DNA from: Opitutales bacterium
GTDB taxonomy: Bacteria > Verrucomicrobiota > Verrucomicrobiia > Opitutales > UBA2987
Reading direction: 5' to 3'
Assembly (NCBI GenBank): GCA_965226885.1
Contig: CBDDEL010000015.1
Coordinates: 544,001 to 608,000 of the forward strand
Length of the DNA: 64,000 nucleotides
Under the pieces are notes generated by a model that was not told the origin of the DNA, ran no database searches, and saw only the letters and a program-made list of their open reading frames with translations. Below are positions 52,752 through 63,653 of this stretch, in pieces; positions within the stretch are counted from its first letter, which is position 1; each line of letters begins with the position of its first letter. Both the position numbers and the translations under genes were made by a program.

Positions 52752-53097
52752 CCCGGATATTTCATGAAGGGTAAAGTTTGGCTCGTTATTGCTATTGGAG
52801 ATGGATTTCTTTGTATTTTGAGCAGATCGTCTTGATTTTTAGGTGTTTTTCAGGGTGTAGAGACACTGCCCCCTTTCCCCCATTGGTTCGGTAGTGCCGG
52901 GGGCAGCACCAATGCACCCTTTAGGTTGGCACCAATCGGCGGGCCGCATGGTTGAAAAGACTGGCCCAAGGATAACTCTCACTTAGGTGAAAGTGAATCG
53001 TTCGGGTGTTGCGCACGATGACCGCTCCGATCTTGATTAATTTGAGCCGCAGGGTGTGGCATTGGGCCCGCGCCCACTTCGTCCCTTTTAAGGCTAA
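52752..53097 (-). mobile_element. IS1380 right-end fragment
   Basis: Begins after CTAG; ends at an internal CTAA where the next copy inserted. Confidence 0.9.
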
Positions 53098-55480
53098 CCC
53101 GGATATTTCGTTAAAAAAGTATCGTTGATATGCTTAACTGCTGATATACAGCAGGATAGATCAATAATTAAAGCAATATCAGCGATGACAAAAGGTAAAC
53201 AATTAAAGCTACAGTTGACAAGGGTAAAAGGCCGCCGTGTGCGGGTTGATTTCAAGGGCGGAGAGGTTACTTCGGATGCCGGACTGCTTTTGATCCGGGA
53301 AGTGGATCGGCAGTTGGGCTTGACCGAACGAGCGGCCCGACAGTTAGTGGACAAACGGCAGAAGGGCAAAGTACGCCATGAGGTATTGGGGATGCTGCGG
53401 CAGCGCGTTTACGGGCTGGTGGCGGGCTATGAGGATTTGAACGACTTTGATACCCTGCGCCACGATCCATTGTTGCAAACGGTAACGGGGCGCATTGAAA
53501 CGTTGGCCAGCGCGCCGACTTTGTGTCGTTTTGAAAACGGGCAGGATCGGCGGGCGGCCTTTGCGGTAAACGAGCTGTTGGTCGAACAGTTCATGGGCTC
53601 CTTTGCCGAGGAACCCGAAGAGATCATCCTGGACTTTGACGCCACCGACAATCCGGTGCACGGGCTCCAGGAGGGACGTTTTCTCCACGGTTATTATGAT
53701 CATTACTGTTTTCTGCCGCTATATGTTTTTTGCGGTGATCAGCTGCTGGTGGCCTACCTGCGGCCGAGCAAGATCGATGCCAGCAAGCATGCCGGGGCCA
53801 TCCTCAAATTGCTGGTTAAACGGATTCGCCAAAGCTGGCCCCGTACGCGGATTATTTGGCGCGCCGACAGTGGATTTTGTCGAGACCGGATACTCTCTTG
53901 GTGCGACCGCAACGAAGTTAGTTACATCGTGGGGATGGCTCGCAATGCACGCTTGCAGCAAGACGCCCAGCAGTTGCAAAAGCAGGCCAAAGAATGGTTC
54001 GAACTAAGGGGTAAAAAACAACGGTTATTCCAGGACTTCGTCTATGCTGCCGATTCGTGGCGATGGCTGCGGTTGGTCATCCATAAAGCCGAACACACCG
54101 CACAGGGGTCCAACCCGCGCTTCGTGGTGACGGGTAGTGTATTAAGTAGGAATGGTGGCTAATTCTTGATTATATTCATGAATGAAAAGTCTCAGACAGG
54201 TTTCATGCATACTCTTAAGCTTGGAAAAGGAGAGGGTTTTGCGTGTGAAACGACCCAGTCGTTGGCGCAGGGTATTGTTCCATCGTTCCACATGGGCCGT
54301 TTCACCGGTTTCTTTTCCCACGGATCGGTTATGAGGAAAGACTTCATCATAAGTGCTCCAAAAGTCGCTGTAGGTGGCACATCTTTTGTAGGCCCGTGGC
54401 AGACGCTCGTAAAGTTCCCGGCAACGATACCAATCCCGAGGCCCAATGGCATAGGAGAGGATTTGACGGGTGCGTCGGCAAAGAGCGATCCAAACCCATT
54501 GGGCATCGCTCTTGCGCCCCACAAAAGACCACAGTTCGTCCAGTTCAATGACATCATGGCGGCGGGCCGCAAGAATCGTGCTTTTGAGCGGTCGCAGCGA
54601 TTGTCGTTTTTTTTAACCAACTCAAAACGGTGTTGGGACTCACCCCGAAGGCGCGCTGTAAACCGCGTAGACTGCTGCGTTCCTGATAGACTCGAAGGAT
54701 CATTTCTTTTTGCTCTTCGGTGTATTTCACTGTGGGGTTTTCGCGGCTTTGTTTACCACAATCATGGCAGCGGTAGCGCTGTTTATGGTTGGGCGTCTTG
54801 CCAAATTTAATGATATTTTCACTTCCACAGTGCCGACAATTAATAATTTTAGTAACCATGCACTAAGAATAAACTGCCTAACGCTATTTGTACAGCTAAA
54901 AATACAAAATAACATTCTTTTTTTATACACTACCTGGTGACGAACCTGCCGGGCGATCCCCAGGAGCTTTACGACAAGGTATACTGTGGCCGCGGTGAAA
55001 TGGAGAACCGAATCAAGGAACAGATGCAATTGTTCAGCGAGCGCACCAGCGCCCATCAATGGTGGGCCAATCAGTGGCGATTGCTCTTGTCGGCGCTGGC
55101 CTACACCTTGATGGAAGCCATGCGCCGGCTAGCCTTAAAAGGGACGAAGTGGGCGCGGGCCCAATGCCACACCCTGCGGCTCAAATTAATCAAGATCGGA
55201 GCGGTCATCGTGCGCAACACCCGAACGATTCACTTTCACCTAAGTGAGAGTTATCCTTGGGCCAGTCTTTTCAACCATGCGGCCCGCCGATTGGTGCCAA
55301 CCTAAAGGGTGCATTGGTGCTGCCCCCGGCACTACCGAACCAATGGGGGAAAGGGGGCAGTGTCTCTACACCCTGAAAAACACCTAAAAATCAAGACGAT
55401 CTGCTCAAAATACAAAGAAATCCATCTCCATCTCCAATAGCAATAACGAGCCAAACTTTACCCTTCATGAAATATCCGGG
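53098..55480 (+). mobile_element. IS1380 copy interrupted by IS1 (transposase halves 53125-54132 and 54935-55305)
   Basis: Both IRs present; IS1 inside with TSD TGGTGACG. Confidence 0.93.
54133..54934 (-). mobile_element. IS1-family element, copy 4 (802 bp, apparently intact)
   Basis: IRs, 8-bp TSD TGGTGACG, insA 54554-54859, insB to 54142, A8 slippery site. Confidence 0.95.
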
Positions 55481-57271
55481 TTAGAGGTATTTGCATTTGG
55501 GAGAGTATCAACTTTGCTCTCCTATGACGTTAGGATACTGGTTTTGGGGTCCGGTTGCCTGGTTTTCTTTGTATGAGCCGACAGTAAGGCTGTGAAAAAG
55601 TATTGTCCTTGCTTTTCCGCTCTCTAGGCCGCCGCTTTGGTTTCTAGTTCGTCTTGCTGGGCCAGCATCTTGGCTACTTTCCATAGGTTGTGCGAGAGTA
55701 CCGACCAGGCTACGCTGATCGAGCGGTTGGCAAAGCCTTTGCTGCGCAACCGCCCGGCCTGCCAGCGATTCTTCAATACCCCGATCCGCCCTTCGGTGCT
55801 GGCCCGGCGCTTTTGCAATTGCCTGAACAGTGGTTCCTCCATCCGTTTTTTCAACTGCTTCGGATCGCGTTGACAGAGCGCGTCGTAGATTCCCTCCTGG
55901 GCTAACTGCCGGCGGGCCCGCTGGGAGGCAAATCCCCGGTCCGCGCACATGGCCGCTATGGGTTCTTCCAGGTTGAAGCGGTTCTGTCTTTGCAAACTCT
56001 CTTGCATTTGTTCATTTTCGCTTGGAGTTCGGCTGCCGTAGAGTTTCCAGTCCAGCAGGTACCCTTCAACGCTTTCTCCCAAAAACAGGGTGTTGCCTAA
56101 CTCGACCTCTTGGCCCGCTTTACCTCGCACAATCACCTGCCCATCGAGTTCGTAAACACTCAAGACTTTCTCTGCGTTTTTCACCTGGCGGCCGCCAATG
56201 ATCCGCTCGTGCGCCTGTTTGATGACCACCGGGATTTGCTCGCTCATGCGCTCCATCCGGGCGAGGATCTGTTGGACCTGTTTTTCGCTGTAATCGCTTT
56301 GCTCCCAGCAGGCTTGCAATAATTCCCGGTGACTGCGGGCATGCTCCCCGATCCGTTTGAGCAGCTTTTTCATCTGCCTCAAGATACCCTTGCGCTGCCG
56401 CGCGCTGTCCTTTCGCCGCCGGCTGTGGGTCATCTCTGTGGGTCATCTGTATGCACAGCCGATTCATCTGCCGAGCCAAGGGCTCCGGTTCGATCGGCAT
56501 GCGATGGCGCAAACCGGCCTTCTCGCGGATCAGCCGGATCGCTTTGAGCAACGTGCCGGCTACATCCTTGAGTAATACCCAGTCCGTCGGCCAATGAATG
56601 TTAGCCTCTAAACAGGTGCCGTCGATCAGGCAAATGGTGGTGTCAATCGGCTTGTCCAATCCCACCTGCCGGGCCAGAAGGGCATCGCCCACCACCTCAG
56701 TCAAGGTCCGGTGCAAGGCCCTCAACTGCTCTTCGCTGAAAAACTTCGAGGCCCGCTCCAGGGTGCTTTTGGAGATGCCCCTGATGCCATCGATCTGCCG
56801 GACACGGCAAAAGTCGGCCAACAGATCGCTGCTGCCCAGAGCCCGCGACAAATGCCGAAACGAAATCCCTCCGAGCAGACGGCCCAGCGTATCCATGCGC
56901 AGTGCCTTGATGGCAAAACTGGCCCGCTGCCGCCGGGCCTTTAGACCCATTGGCGGCCACCCCTCCAAGGCCAGCTCAATGGCCTGCGATTCCACCTCCG
57001 AGTCGATCAGCAGCCGATCGATTCGATCAATGGTGGCGCGGAAGTTATCGTCATCGAGGCACCGGTCGACCACAGTTAAAGCTGGACGCAGGAGGCATTG
57101 GATGGCTATATTTTTCATAGAAAGGGCTATATTGATTTTCGCTAACTCAATTATAGAACCCTTTTTTGGCCGGATCGAGCAAAAACTTGCTCTTTCCGGC
57201 TCTTTTTATCAACGTCATCCATCAACGTCATCCAGTTGACTATAAAATCTTTATATTTTTGGGACAGCCTC
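55481..57271 (-). mobile_element. IS5/ISNCY-like element, copy 3; right IR lost, transposase 55624-57118 frameshifted
   Basis: Cut by IS1380 at TTAG; 13-bp duplications at 56423-56448 and 57208-57233. Confidence 0.92.
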
Positions 57272-57607
57272 TATACTAAAAGCCATATAGTGAACTTTTA
57301 TAATTATAAAATAAAGTTATATTGAAAAGTGGGTACACAGTTGCAGCGAAAATGCCAATTATTGACGAACACCCACCTGCCAACCCCAGGGCTACCTGAA
57401 TAAATAAAACCAACAGAAAGCTAGTGTAGTTAAACTGTTGGTTATCAAGGGCGTGTAGGTTAAACGTTCCATATTACCTGTTAAATAGGTGCAAAAAAAT
57501 CCTTGAATGGGTGGGTCATTTGAATAGGTGGGTCATTATGGCACAGCACATTATAAAATATGTTTATCATTAGATGCAAAGGGAAGAACCCATGTAGAAA
57601 GGACGAA

Positions 57608-57740
57608 ATGGAAACGATCTGGGCATACGGCGGTGTGAGCACCAAATAACAGAACTATGAACGACAAAAACTTGAAATATTACAATACGCCAACCGGGAA
57701 GGCTGGATGATTGAGCGTGATTGAGCGTTTTTGCAATCAA
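57608..57740 (+). pseudogene. Serine recombinase (resolvase) N-terminal relic
   Basis: METIWAYGGVSTK*QNYERQKLEILQYANREGWMIER is a degenerate YxRVSTxxQ...Q motif; AAAGGA RBS. Confidence 0.7.
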
Positions 57741-57922
57741 TGGGGTGTGAAAAATCTCCTATCTACTTGATGGTTAAGAGGGGTTAATAGAAAATATTAT
57801 TTTGCATTTTTTTGAGAAAAAAGCTTGCGGTTTGTTGGTTTATGTGTTCTGGTGTTCACTATTATGAGAAACCGACCAAAACACCGATGTTTCAGAAAAC
57901 GCAGGTTTCATTGTCTATGCGC

Positions 57923-58027
57923 GAATGCTAGAATTTTTGACCACGGATTACACGGATGAACACTGATAATGAATGCTGGATTTTTTGACCACGGATTACA
58001 CGGATGAACACTGATATTGGATGCTGG
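57923..58027 (+). repeat. 48-bp tandem repeat, two units plus a partial third
   Basis: gaatgct(a/g)ga(a/t)tttttgaccacggattacacggatgaacactgata(a/t)t twice. Confidence 0.85.
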
Positions 58028-58067
58028 TTGAGGTATTTTTAACCAGAGAGACTCACATTATAATTGT

Positions 58068-59801
58068 ATGAAAATCTGCGAATTTATTAAAAGAATCGGA
58101 AACGAAATTGTTGTTTCTGTTATGCGTCCGCTTTTTAAGATTCCGGGGCTGTTGCTGTTGGCCGCATCGGTTTCTATTATGACGGCACAGGCGGAAGATG
58201 GCGCTGATTTTATGGTTGACGCCATGAAGTCGAAACCGATTACGGGTGAGCCTTATGAACTGGACGGTAATCGCATCGTTTTCACGAACTGGTATTTTAT
58301 ACGCCCGGGAAACCTCCTCTGGCTCAATGAGGCCGGCGAATACATCAACACGGTAGAAGAAAATGTTGAAAACCCGGTTTATGGGCCCTGGGACGCGCAG
58401 ATGGACCGGCCGTCCTCGCCTTACGGAATTGAGATTAAAACACAAGCCGCCGAGCGGGCTGGTCCCATCCTGAAGCGGAAATATCCCTGGGAAGAAGGCT
58501 ATGTCATTTTCAAAACCGTGGTCAAGGACGGCAATAAATACAAAGCCTGGGGGAAAAGCCTGCCCGGCAGCAGTTGTTATTTCGAGTCCGATGACGGGAT
58601 GAACTGGGAACGGCCGATCCTGGGACAAAAGGAATTTAACGGGAGCAAGGAGAATAATCTGTTGAAACCGGGACTGGAAGGGACTGTTTTTATCGACCCG
58701 AACGCGCCGCCGAAGGAAAGGTACAAAAGCATTCGGGGCCCAAGAATAAATGTCGAAGAGTTTCAATCTTTTGTCGAACGCCATCCGGACAAATGGGAAA
58801 GCCGTGCAGTCAGGGGACCGTGGCAAAACCCGGAAAAAATTCGTGCCCTGGCCGGCGCTGTTTCACCAGATGGCATTCACTGGAAACACCTTGATGATTT
58901 TTTTACGGTGGAACATTCCGACGGAATGGAGACCGGTTATTACGACATTCACCTGAAAAAGTATGTCATCTATACGCGCACCTGGATGGTTGGAAACCGC
59001 TCAGCCCGCTGGACGGGCGATCCGCAGACCATGACCTGGATGGGAGAGAAGCATGGTTCCGGCCGACGGGTCATCGGGCGCATGGAGAGCGATTACTTCG
59101 GCGGATTTCCCGTATCCGAACCAGTCATCGTTCCGGTGCCCGGAGAAACTTCGCCTTCCGAGGTTTTCTACACCAGCATCCGCACGACCATCCCCGGCGC
59201 TCCCGAACAGCATCTGATGTTTCCCACCATTTGGGACACGCGTGACGACACTTCGAGCATCGGCCTATGGACCAGCCAGGACGGCAAGCTCTGGAACCGG
59301 ATTCCCGGTCCTCCGGTTCTGGAAACGGCTGAATTCGGGCAATGGGACGGGGGCTGCATCTTCTCTTTTCCCAACCTCATCGAATTGCCTAACGGAGACT
59401 TCGCGCTGCCCTACAAAGGTTATAATCTGCCCCACAAATATCCGCGCGGCGCCATGACCTTGTCCACCGGCTACGCTATCTGGCCGAAGGGCCGGATTGT
59501 GGCCGTGGAAGCGAAGGAAGTGGGGGGATTCGCCACTGTGGGTATAATTCCTCCGGGCCGCACTTTGCGCATTAATGCCTTAACCAAGCGGGCCGGCGGC
59601 ATTCGCGTTGAAATCGCCAAAATCGATGATTCTGTTGTCGCGGGCCGCAGTTTTGAAGAATGCGATATCATCCAAGGCGACCAGTTTTGGAAAACTGTTA
59701 GCTGGAATGGAGAATCGGACCTCGGTTACAAGGACGGCGACGGTGTCGTTATTCGGTTCCAAATGGATCGCGCCAAGTTATTCGGTATCGAGTTTCAATG
59801 A
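58068..59801 (+). CDS. Secreted beta-propeller glycoside-hydrolase-like hypothetical protein
   Basis: Signal peptide; S.DG..W Asp-box-like motifs three times; C-terminal beta sandwich. Confidence 0.65.
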   Translation: MKICEFIKRIGNEIVVSVMRPLFKIPGLLLLAASVSIMTAQAEDGADFMVDAMKSKPITGEPYELDGNRIVFTNWYFIRPGNLLWLNEAGEYINTVEENVENPVYGPWDAQMDRPSSPYGIEIKTQAAERAGPILKRKYPWEEGYVIFKTVVKDGNKYKAWGKSLPGSSCYFESDDGMNWERPILGQKEFNGSKENNLLKPGLEGTVFIDPNAPPKERYKSIRGPRINVEEFQSFVERHPDKWESRAVRGPWQNPEKIRALAGAVSPDGIHWKHLDDFFTVEHSDGMETGYYDIHLKKYVIYTRTWMVGNRSARWTGDPQTMTWMGEKHGSGRRVIGRMESDYFGGFPVSEPVIVPVPGETSPSEVFYTSIRTTIPGAPEQHLMFPTIWDTRDDTSSIGLWTSQDGKLWNRIPGPPVLETAEFGQWDGGCIFSFPNLIELPNGDFALPYKGYNLPHKYPRGAMTLSTGYAIWPKGRIVAVEAKEVGGFATVGIIPPGRTLRINALTKRAGGIRVEIAKIDDSVVAGRSFEECDIIQGDQFWKTVSWNGESDLGYKDGDGVVIRFQMDRAKLFGIEFQ

Positions 59802-59826
59802 TCGAACGACTAGTTTTGTAAGGGTG

Positions 59827-62655
59827 TTATTCGAGTTCGATCCTTACTTCAGAGAGATAAGGAGTAGGACCTCCATTGGGAGTTGTCAGCCGGGCACGGT
59901 ACTGAATCCAGGAGCCGTTGACTCCCGTTATTGGCGAGCCGCTTCCAGTATGCCAATCGTCGACGCCTAGGGGTCCCCGCCATGTTACCGATGACAGACC
60001 TTCTTTGGTCGCCGATCCCCGTAATTGAAATTTTACCATGGTCGCGTGGGGAGTTTCAGCTTCCCAACTGATGGCAACTGGCTTTTCTCCCCCGGAAATG
60101 TGATGAGCGGAAGAATAATAATCCTCGTAAAGGCCGCGGTCATAACTATTGCCCACATCGCGTAAATTTAAACCACTGGGACCTCCGGCCATAACTTCCC
60201 AACGGTTATCGGGAGAAAATCCCTCCGGTCCGCCCCAATAAAGCATTGACTTGGTGGTATGGCGGTGCGGTTCCGGTCGAAGGGTGGAGCCTGACCTGCG
60301 ATGGTTTGCGACTAGAATATCGAGGTAGCCGTCGCCATCGTAATCGAGAGTTTCTGAACCGGATGAACCGTAAGTGGGCAGCTCAATACGAGGGCGGACA
60401 TTAAATCCCTTGGCATTTCCGAAATAAATCAGCGCGGGGCGGTTCCCGCTTACCTCGCCCCCGTAACTGGTCAGGAATATGTCGAGCCATCCGTCCCGGT
60501 CGAAATCGGTAATGCTGTTCTGATAGGGAACATAGGAGCGGATCTCATCCCGCCAGTTATTCGAAAATCCTTCTGAGGATCCGTAGTAAATAAAGGAAGA
60601 TTTTTCAGTCCCTTCCGGCGGGCCGCGTTGAGGAAAAATGAGATCGAGCCAACCATCCCGATTGAAGTCCGCTCCTTTGATGTACATGAGGTGATCCAAG
60701 CGACCAAGATCGATTTCGGAAGAATGTTCATTGGCGAAGCCCGCAGAACCACCCCACCAGATAGTGACAAAACCGTCCTTGAGTTGTCCTGCAATGTCGA
60801 GCCATCCATCCTTGTTCAAATCCATCAACAAAGGTGCCCGCATTCGATTGGTTTGAAACGGTATTACGGTCCTCAGGTCGTGTTGAAATCCTATTGATGA
60901 ACCCCAGAAAATTGGGAAACCGCGTTTGTCGGGATCGTCCAAATCGACGCTGACACCACCCGCAACCATATCAAGCCAGCCGTCTTTATTGATATCGGCA
61001 ATGCGAACGCCGCCATAAGCCATATCCATGGATAGGTTAGTAGGTCCGAGAAAATCATTGTTCAGAGAATCTCCCCAATAGATGACTAGCCCCTGCTGCT
61101 TGTGGTTTACGCCCGAAACGAAGTGGGAATTGGCCAGCGCCAGATCGACCGCTCCATCATCATCAAGATCGGCATGCCCGTGACCGAAGACATGATGAGT
61201 CGGAAGACCAGTCCGGCGTTCCGGGGTGAAGTTTCGAGTGCCATCGCCCCAATAGATGTGAGTGGTCGAAGCGCCATCGCGAAACCCCCCTTCATCGTTA
61301 AAAAACACAACATCGGGTCGTCCATCGTTATTCAAATCCCCGATGGTATTGGCCATGGAGCCCTGGGTTGCCAATTGGGAGTGATGGCCAAAGGAAAATC
61401 GCCCGTTTACGTTCCAGAAGACATAAGAAAGCAAGCTGTGCTGGTTGGTAACGTTGGCATTACTGACAACAAGTTCCGGCAGGCCATCGCCGTTGAGGTC
61501 TCCCGCGCTCAGGCCGGAAGCTCCGAGAGTAGGCAGCGAAAGCGGCTCACGGGTGGAAAAATCTTTGCCATCGGAGTAAAAGACGAAGGATTGAGTCCAG
61601 GTGGCTCCACCCGGTGTGGAGTAGTTGGCAACTGCCACATCGTCCAGGCCATCGCCGTCGAAATCGGCCAGAACCACATCGCGGGGAGTATCGACGGGCA
61701 GAGTAACGGAATGGACGGGATCGAATCCTGCTACGCTGCCAAACAATACTTTGACACCCCCCGAAATGCAGATTGCCAGGTCTGGAAATTCGTCATTGTT
61801 CACGTTTCCAATGGCCAGGGCTTTACCGCCCTGAGACAGTTCCTGCCGCGCTTCCGTGTCAATAAAGGCATTTCGGGTCGAGTAGAAAATATATGTTTTG
61901 CCCGATGCCAGGGCAACGAGGTCCTCCGTGCCGTCTTTGTCGAGATCTGCGGAAGCAACATTTTGAGCGCCTTTGTTTTCAAAAGTCAGGTTCAGGCGAT
62001 TGGCGGCGTCAAAACCTTTCGGTGAATTCCAGTATATGAAGCTCATCCGGGGGCTATCCGGGTCGTTGGATTGCCACCGACAGCCGATGACCAGATCGAG
62101 CCAGCCGTCGCCATTAAAATCGCCCACCGCCATGTCGGTGCCGCGAAATGCCGGCAGCTCCGTGCGTCGTTCGGTAGTGAATCCATCTTTTGCCCCGTAA
62201 TAAATCCAGGTATCGACGTTACCGTAGTGGCTGTCGGAATGGTTGACCACTGCGAGATCGTTCCAGCCGTCTTTATTGAAATCGGCGACCAGTCCGCCTC
62301 TCGATCCGTTGCCGGGAAGTTCGATGCGGCTTCGCCCATCGATGTCCGTTCCATTATTGAGATAAATGTAGGTGTTTTCCTTTTCGGTGTGGCCGTGGCC
62401 GCTCGGCATAACGATATCGAGGTAGCCGTCGCCGTTCAAATCCCAGCGATTGATAATCTGGATGCGTCCCCGGGCGGAAACGTAAATATTGCTCCCCGCG
62501 TCGAGAAAGGTTCCATTCCGAAAATCCTCGAATGAATTCTCTGTCCAAACGGAGGCGGCATAAGCGCTATGGACAATGAAGAAGGTTACCAAACCGGTAA
62601 CAAGAGTAGATAGCAGACCCCGGCTCCAGTTAATCGAAGACGAATTATTTCTCAT
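59827..62655 (-). CDS. Secreted FG-GAP/VCBS repeat protein
   Basis: Many D(F/L)N.DG..D(L/I) calcium-binding repeats; signal peptide; 942 aa. Confidence 0.92.
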   Translation of the reverse strand: MRNNSSSINWSRGLLSTLVTGLVTFFIVHSAYAASVWTENSFEDFRNGTFLDAGSNIYVSARGRIQIINRWDLNGDGYLDIVMPSGHGHTEKENTYIYLNNGTDIDGRSRIELPGNGSRGGLVADFNKDGWNDLAVVNHSDSHYGNVDTWIYYGAKDGFTTERRTELPAFRGTDMAVGDFNGDGWLDLVIGCRWQSNDPDSPRMSFIYWNSPKGFDAANRLNLTFENKGAQNVASADLDKDGTEDLVALASGKTYIFYSTRNAFIDTEARQELSQGGKALAIGNVNNDEFPDLAICISGGVKVLFGSVAGFDPVHSVTLPVDTPRDVVLADFDGDGLDDVAVANYSTPGGATWTQSFVFYSDGKDFSTREPLSLPTLGASGLSAGDLNGDGLPELVVSNANVTNQHSLLSYVFWNVNGRFSFGHHSQLATQGSMANTIGDLNNDGRPDVVFFNDEGGFRDGASTTHIYWGDGTRNFTPERRTGLPTHHVFGHGHADLDDDGAVDLALANSHFVSGVNHKQQGLVIYWGDSLNNDFLGPTNLSMDMAYGGVRIADINKDGWLDMVAGGVSVDLDDPDKRGFPIFWGSSIGFQHDLRTVIPFQTNRMRAPLLMDLNKDGWLDIAGQLKDGFVTIWWGGSAGFANEHSSEIDLGRLDHLMYIKGADFNRDGWLDLIFPQRGPPEGTEKSSFIYYGSSEGFSNNWRDEIRSYVPYQNSITDFDRDGWLDIFLTSYGGEVSGNRPALIYFGNAKGFNVRPRIELPTYGSSGSETLDYDGDGYLDILVANHRRSGSTLRPEPHRHTTKSMLYWGGPEGFSPDNRWEVMAGGPSGLNLRDVGNSYDRGLYEDYYSSAHHISGGEKPVAISWEAETPHATMVKFQLRGSATKEGLSSVTWRGPLGVDDWHTGSGSPITGVNGSWIQYRARLTTPNGGPTPYLSEVRIELE

Positions 62656-62740
62656 AGCGAAAAGACGAAGAGTGGTTGTATGTATTCACAACGCCGTTGT
62701 ATGTATTCACAACGCCAATTGCCATGAATATTTTGAAATT

Positions 62741-63653
62741 TCAGCTTAAAGCGTTGGCAATGGCTAAAATGGATTGCCAGGCCCCCCAGACGGCGAGAAG
62801 AAAAAGCGCGGCTAGAATGAGATTCTCCCACCATTTGTTGCGATACTCGAAACCGATGAATTTTTTCCGGGAGGTAATGTACCAAAGCCCGCCCGATAAT
62901 ACGGGAAGCACAATCACTCCGGCAGCGTTGGCAATAAGAGTGAGCGAGATAAACCCGGGCATGTTCGGGAGGGACCAGATCAACGGTGAAAACAGGCACC
63001 ATAATGCGACAAAACGATAGATTTTGGAATGGCTGACATCTTCCTGGACAACTTTCGTCGGTTCCGTAGAACGGCTTATCTTGACGATGTCGCATAACAT
63101 GTAACTGTAGCCAATGGCGTTGCCGATGATTGAGCTGTAGAGGGCGGCAAAAACGCCCAGGTAAAAAATGGGGCCGCCAAATTTACCCAATACAATCGTT
63201 AGAAGATTAGCCAGGTCATCCAGGCTTTCCACGGTGATTCCTTTGGGATTGAGAATCTCCGCACCGACCGTCCAGACGGAAAGATCGAGAACGATCAGGA
63301 CAAGGGTTCCGAAGGCCAGATCGTAAAGTTGCAAGCGCCGGAACTTCGGCCCAATCCAGCCTTTTTGCTGAATGAAATAGGGATAAAGAAGGTTGGCGAT
63401 GGAACCGCCCACGGCGCCGATCAAGGCAGTTACCACAAGGATGACGCTAAAGGAGCCCTTCTGTTCCGGCATAGCGAATAGAAAGACTCCCTTTGCCGCC
63501 TGAATGGGGCTGGGACCGCTCCAAAGGGCTACCCCTATAAGCGACACGCTGAGAATGGCCAAAAGAACATAAAATACCTTTTCAATATGTCCGAAGAGAC
63601 CGCGTAAAACTAATACTGCGGCGACCAATACCCAGAAAATCGACCAGTACTAG
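62741..63653 (-). pseudogene. NRAMP-family transporter, interrupted at its 5' side by IS1380
   Basis: Multi-TM protein with LIGAVGGS..NL.YPY; frame runs up to the CTAG target at 63650. Confidence 0.8.

Noticed and set aside
57923..58027. Possible mini-CRISPR
   Set aside because: Units are directly adjacent and nearly identical, with no spacer.
3783..62535. Long antisense or alternate-frame ORFs (e.g. 3783-4646, 15079-16077, 29505-30356, 37564-38532, 42493-43557, 61102-62025)
   Set aside because: Shadows of well-supported genes on the other strand, with no motifs.
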